A DNA stretch of 64,000 nt from Carcharhinus amblyrhynchos (lineage: Eukaryota), in assembly GCA_965287045.1 (NCBI GenBank), contig OZ336878.1:60078001-60142000 (forward strand), read 5' to 3'. Under the pieces are notes generated by a model that had not been told where the DNA came from, made no database searches, and saw only the letters and a program-made list of their open reading frames with translations. The position numbers and the translations under genes are program-made. Of this stretch, positions 62,879-64,000 are shown in pieces. Numbering within the stretch: the stretch's first letter is position 1; every line of letters starts with the position of its first letter.

Positions 62879-63697
62879 TGATGTGGAGATGCCGGCATTG
62901 GACTGGGGTAAACACAGTAAGTAGTTTCACAACGCCAGGTTAAAGTCCAACAGGTTTATTTGGTAGCAAATGCCACTAGCTTTCGGGGCTTTTCCCCTTC
63001 GTCAGGTGAATGGGAAGTTCTGATCACAAACAAGGCATATAAAGGCACACACTCAGTTTACAGAATACTGCTTAGAATGCAAGTCTTTACAGCTATTCAA
63101 GTCAGACAATGTGAGTGGAGATAGTATTAAGCATAGGTTAAAGAGATGTGTAACTGAACCACTATCAGATCAGCCATGATCTTATTGAATCGAGCCCTTA
63201 GCTCAAGGGGCTAGACGGCCTACTCCTGCTCTTATTTCTTATGTATTGTCTCCAGACAGGACAGTAAGAGATGTTGCAAGCCCAGGCAAGTCATGGCGAT
63301 TCCAAATAATGTGACATGAACCCAAGATCCCAGTTGAGGTCGTCCTCAAGTGTGCGGAAGTTGGCTATCAGTTTCTGCTCAGCGACTCTGCACTGTCGTA
63401 TGTCATGAAGGCCACCTTGGAGAACATCGCGACATCTCACTTGTTATCGTGTCTGAAGACAATAGCATCTCTTTAACCGATGCTTAATGCTATCTCCACT
63501 CACATTGTCTGCACCTTTAAGACTTGAATAGCTGTAAAGATTTGCATTCTAATCAGTATTCTGTAAATTGAGTCTATGCTCTGTTTGTGATCAGAACTCC
63601 CCACTCATCTGACGAAGGGCAAAAGCCCCAAAAGCTAGTGGCGTTTGCTACCAAATAAACCTGCTGGACTTTAATCTAGTGTTATGAGACTTCTTAT
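62879..63697. mobile_element. Fold-back Penelope-like insertion with 15-bp TSD and a nested CR1 tail (~63152-63243)
   Basis: Homologous to 887-1330 with an inverted second arm; TSD TATGTCTGAGAGCCA at 62864-62878 and 63698-63712. The nested piece matches 25128-25220. Confidence 0.9.
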
Positions 63698-64000
63698 TAT
63701 GTCTGAGAGCCACAGGCAATGCCAGACACTGTTTGCATATATGCCTTGTTTACAGATGTTCTTAGTTGCTTAGTAAACTGACCATTGCTCTAGAATTTCA
63801 ATAGGGCCAGTAACTAGTGCATGCAGTGAAACTAAAATTCAGCATAACTCTCTCAATATCTTAATTCCCCAAATACACCACTTGGTATATGCCGAGCTAA
63901 ACAGCTTGGGGATATTTCTGGTTCAATTCTTGATTGATGCAGAGTCAGACAATCTCAGCTGACACACAGTTGGTGCTACAATTAGCACTCTTGGCTATGA

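Overview
This is vertebrate genomic DNA, most likely from a shark or other elasmobranch judging by its repeat families; it is not prokaryotic. Two genes can be read, both on the minus strand. The first is SSBP3 (SSDP1): its CpG-island promoter and coding exons 1-4 (35803-28108, LUFS domain) are present, and intron 4 runs off the left edge. The second is the last coding exon and 3' UTR of a KEAP1-family gene (58496-58348), probably the keap1a paralog, ending about 22 kb upstream of SSBP3. The rest is intronic or intergenic. It holds a decayed Gypsy-like LTR element with nested insertions, CR1/L2/Rex1/RTE fragments, several SINE families and a 2.2-kb 18-bp minisatellite flanked by C-rich and pyrimidine tracts. 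The most notable signal is a family of Penelope-derived fold-back insertions carrying hammerhead-ribozyme-like cores, with clear target-site duplications. Almost all ORFs in the supplied track are spurious. I see no convincing novel protein-coding system. Exon coordinates are exact; repeat boundaries are approximate and family names come from recognition, not a database search.
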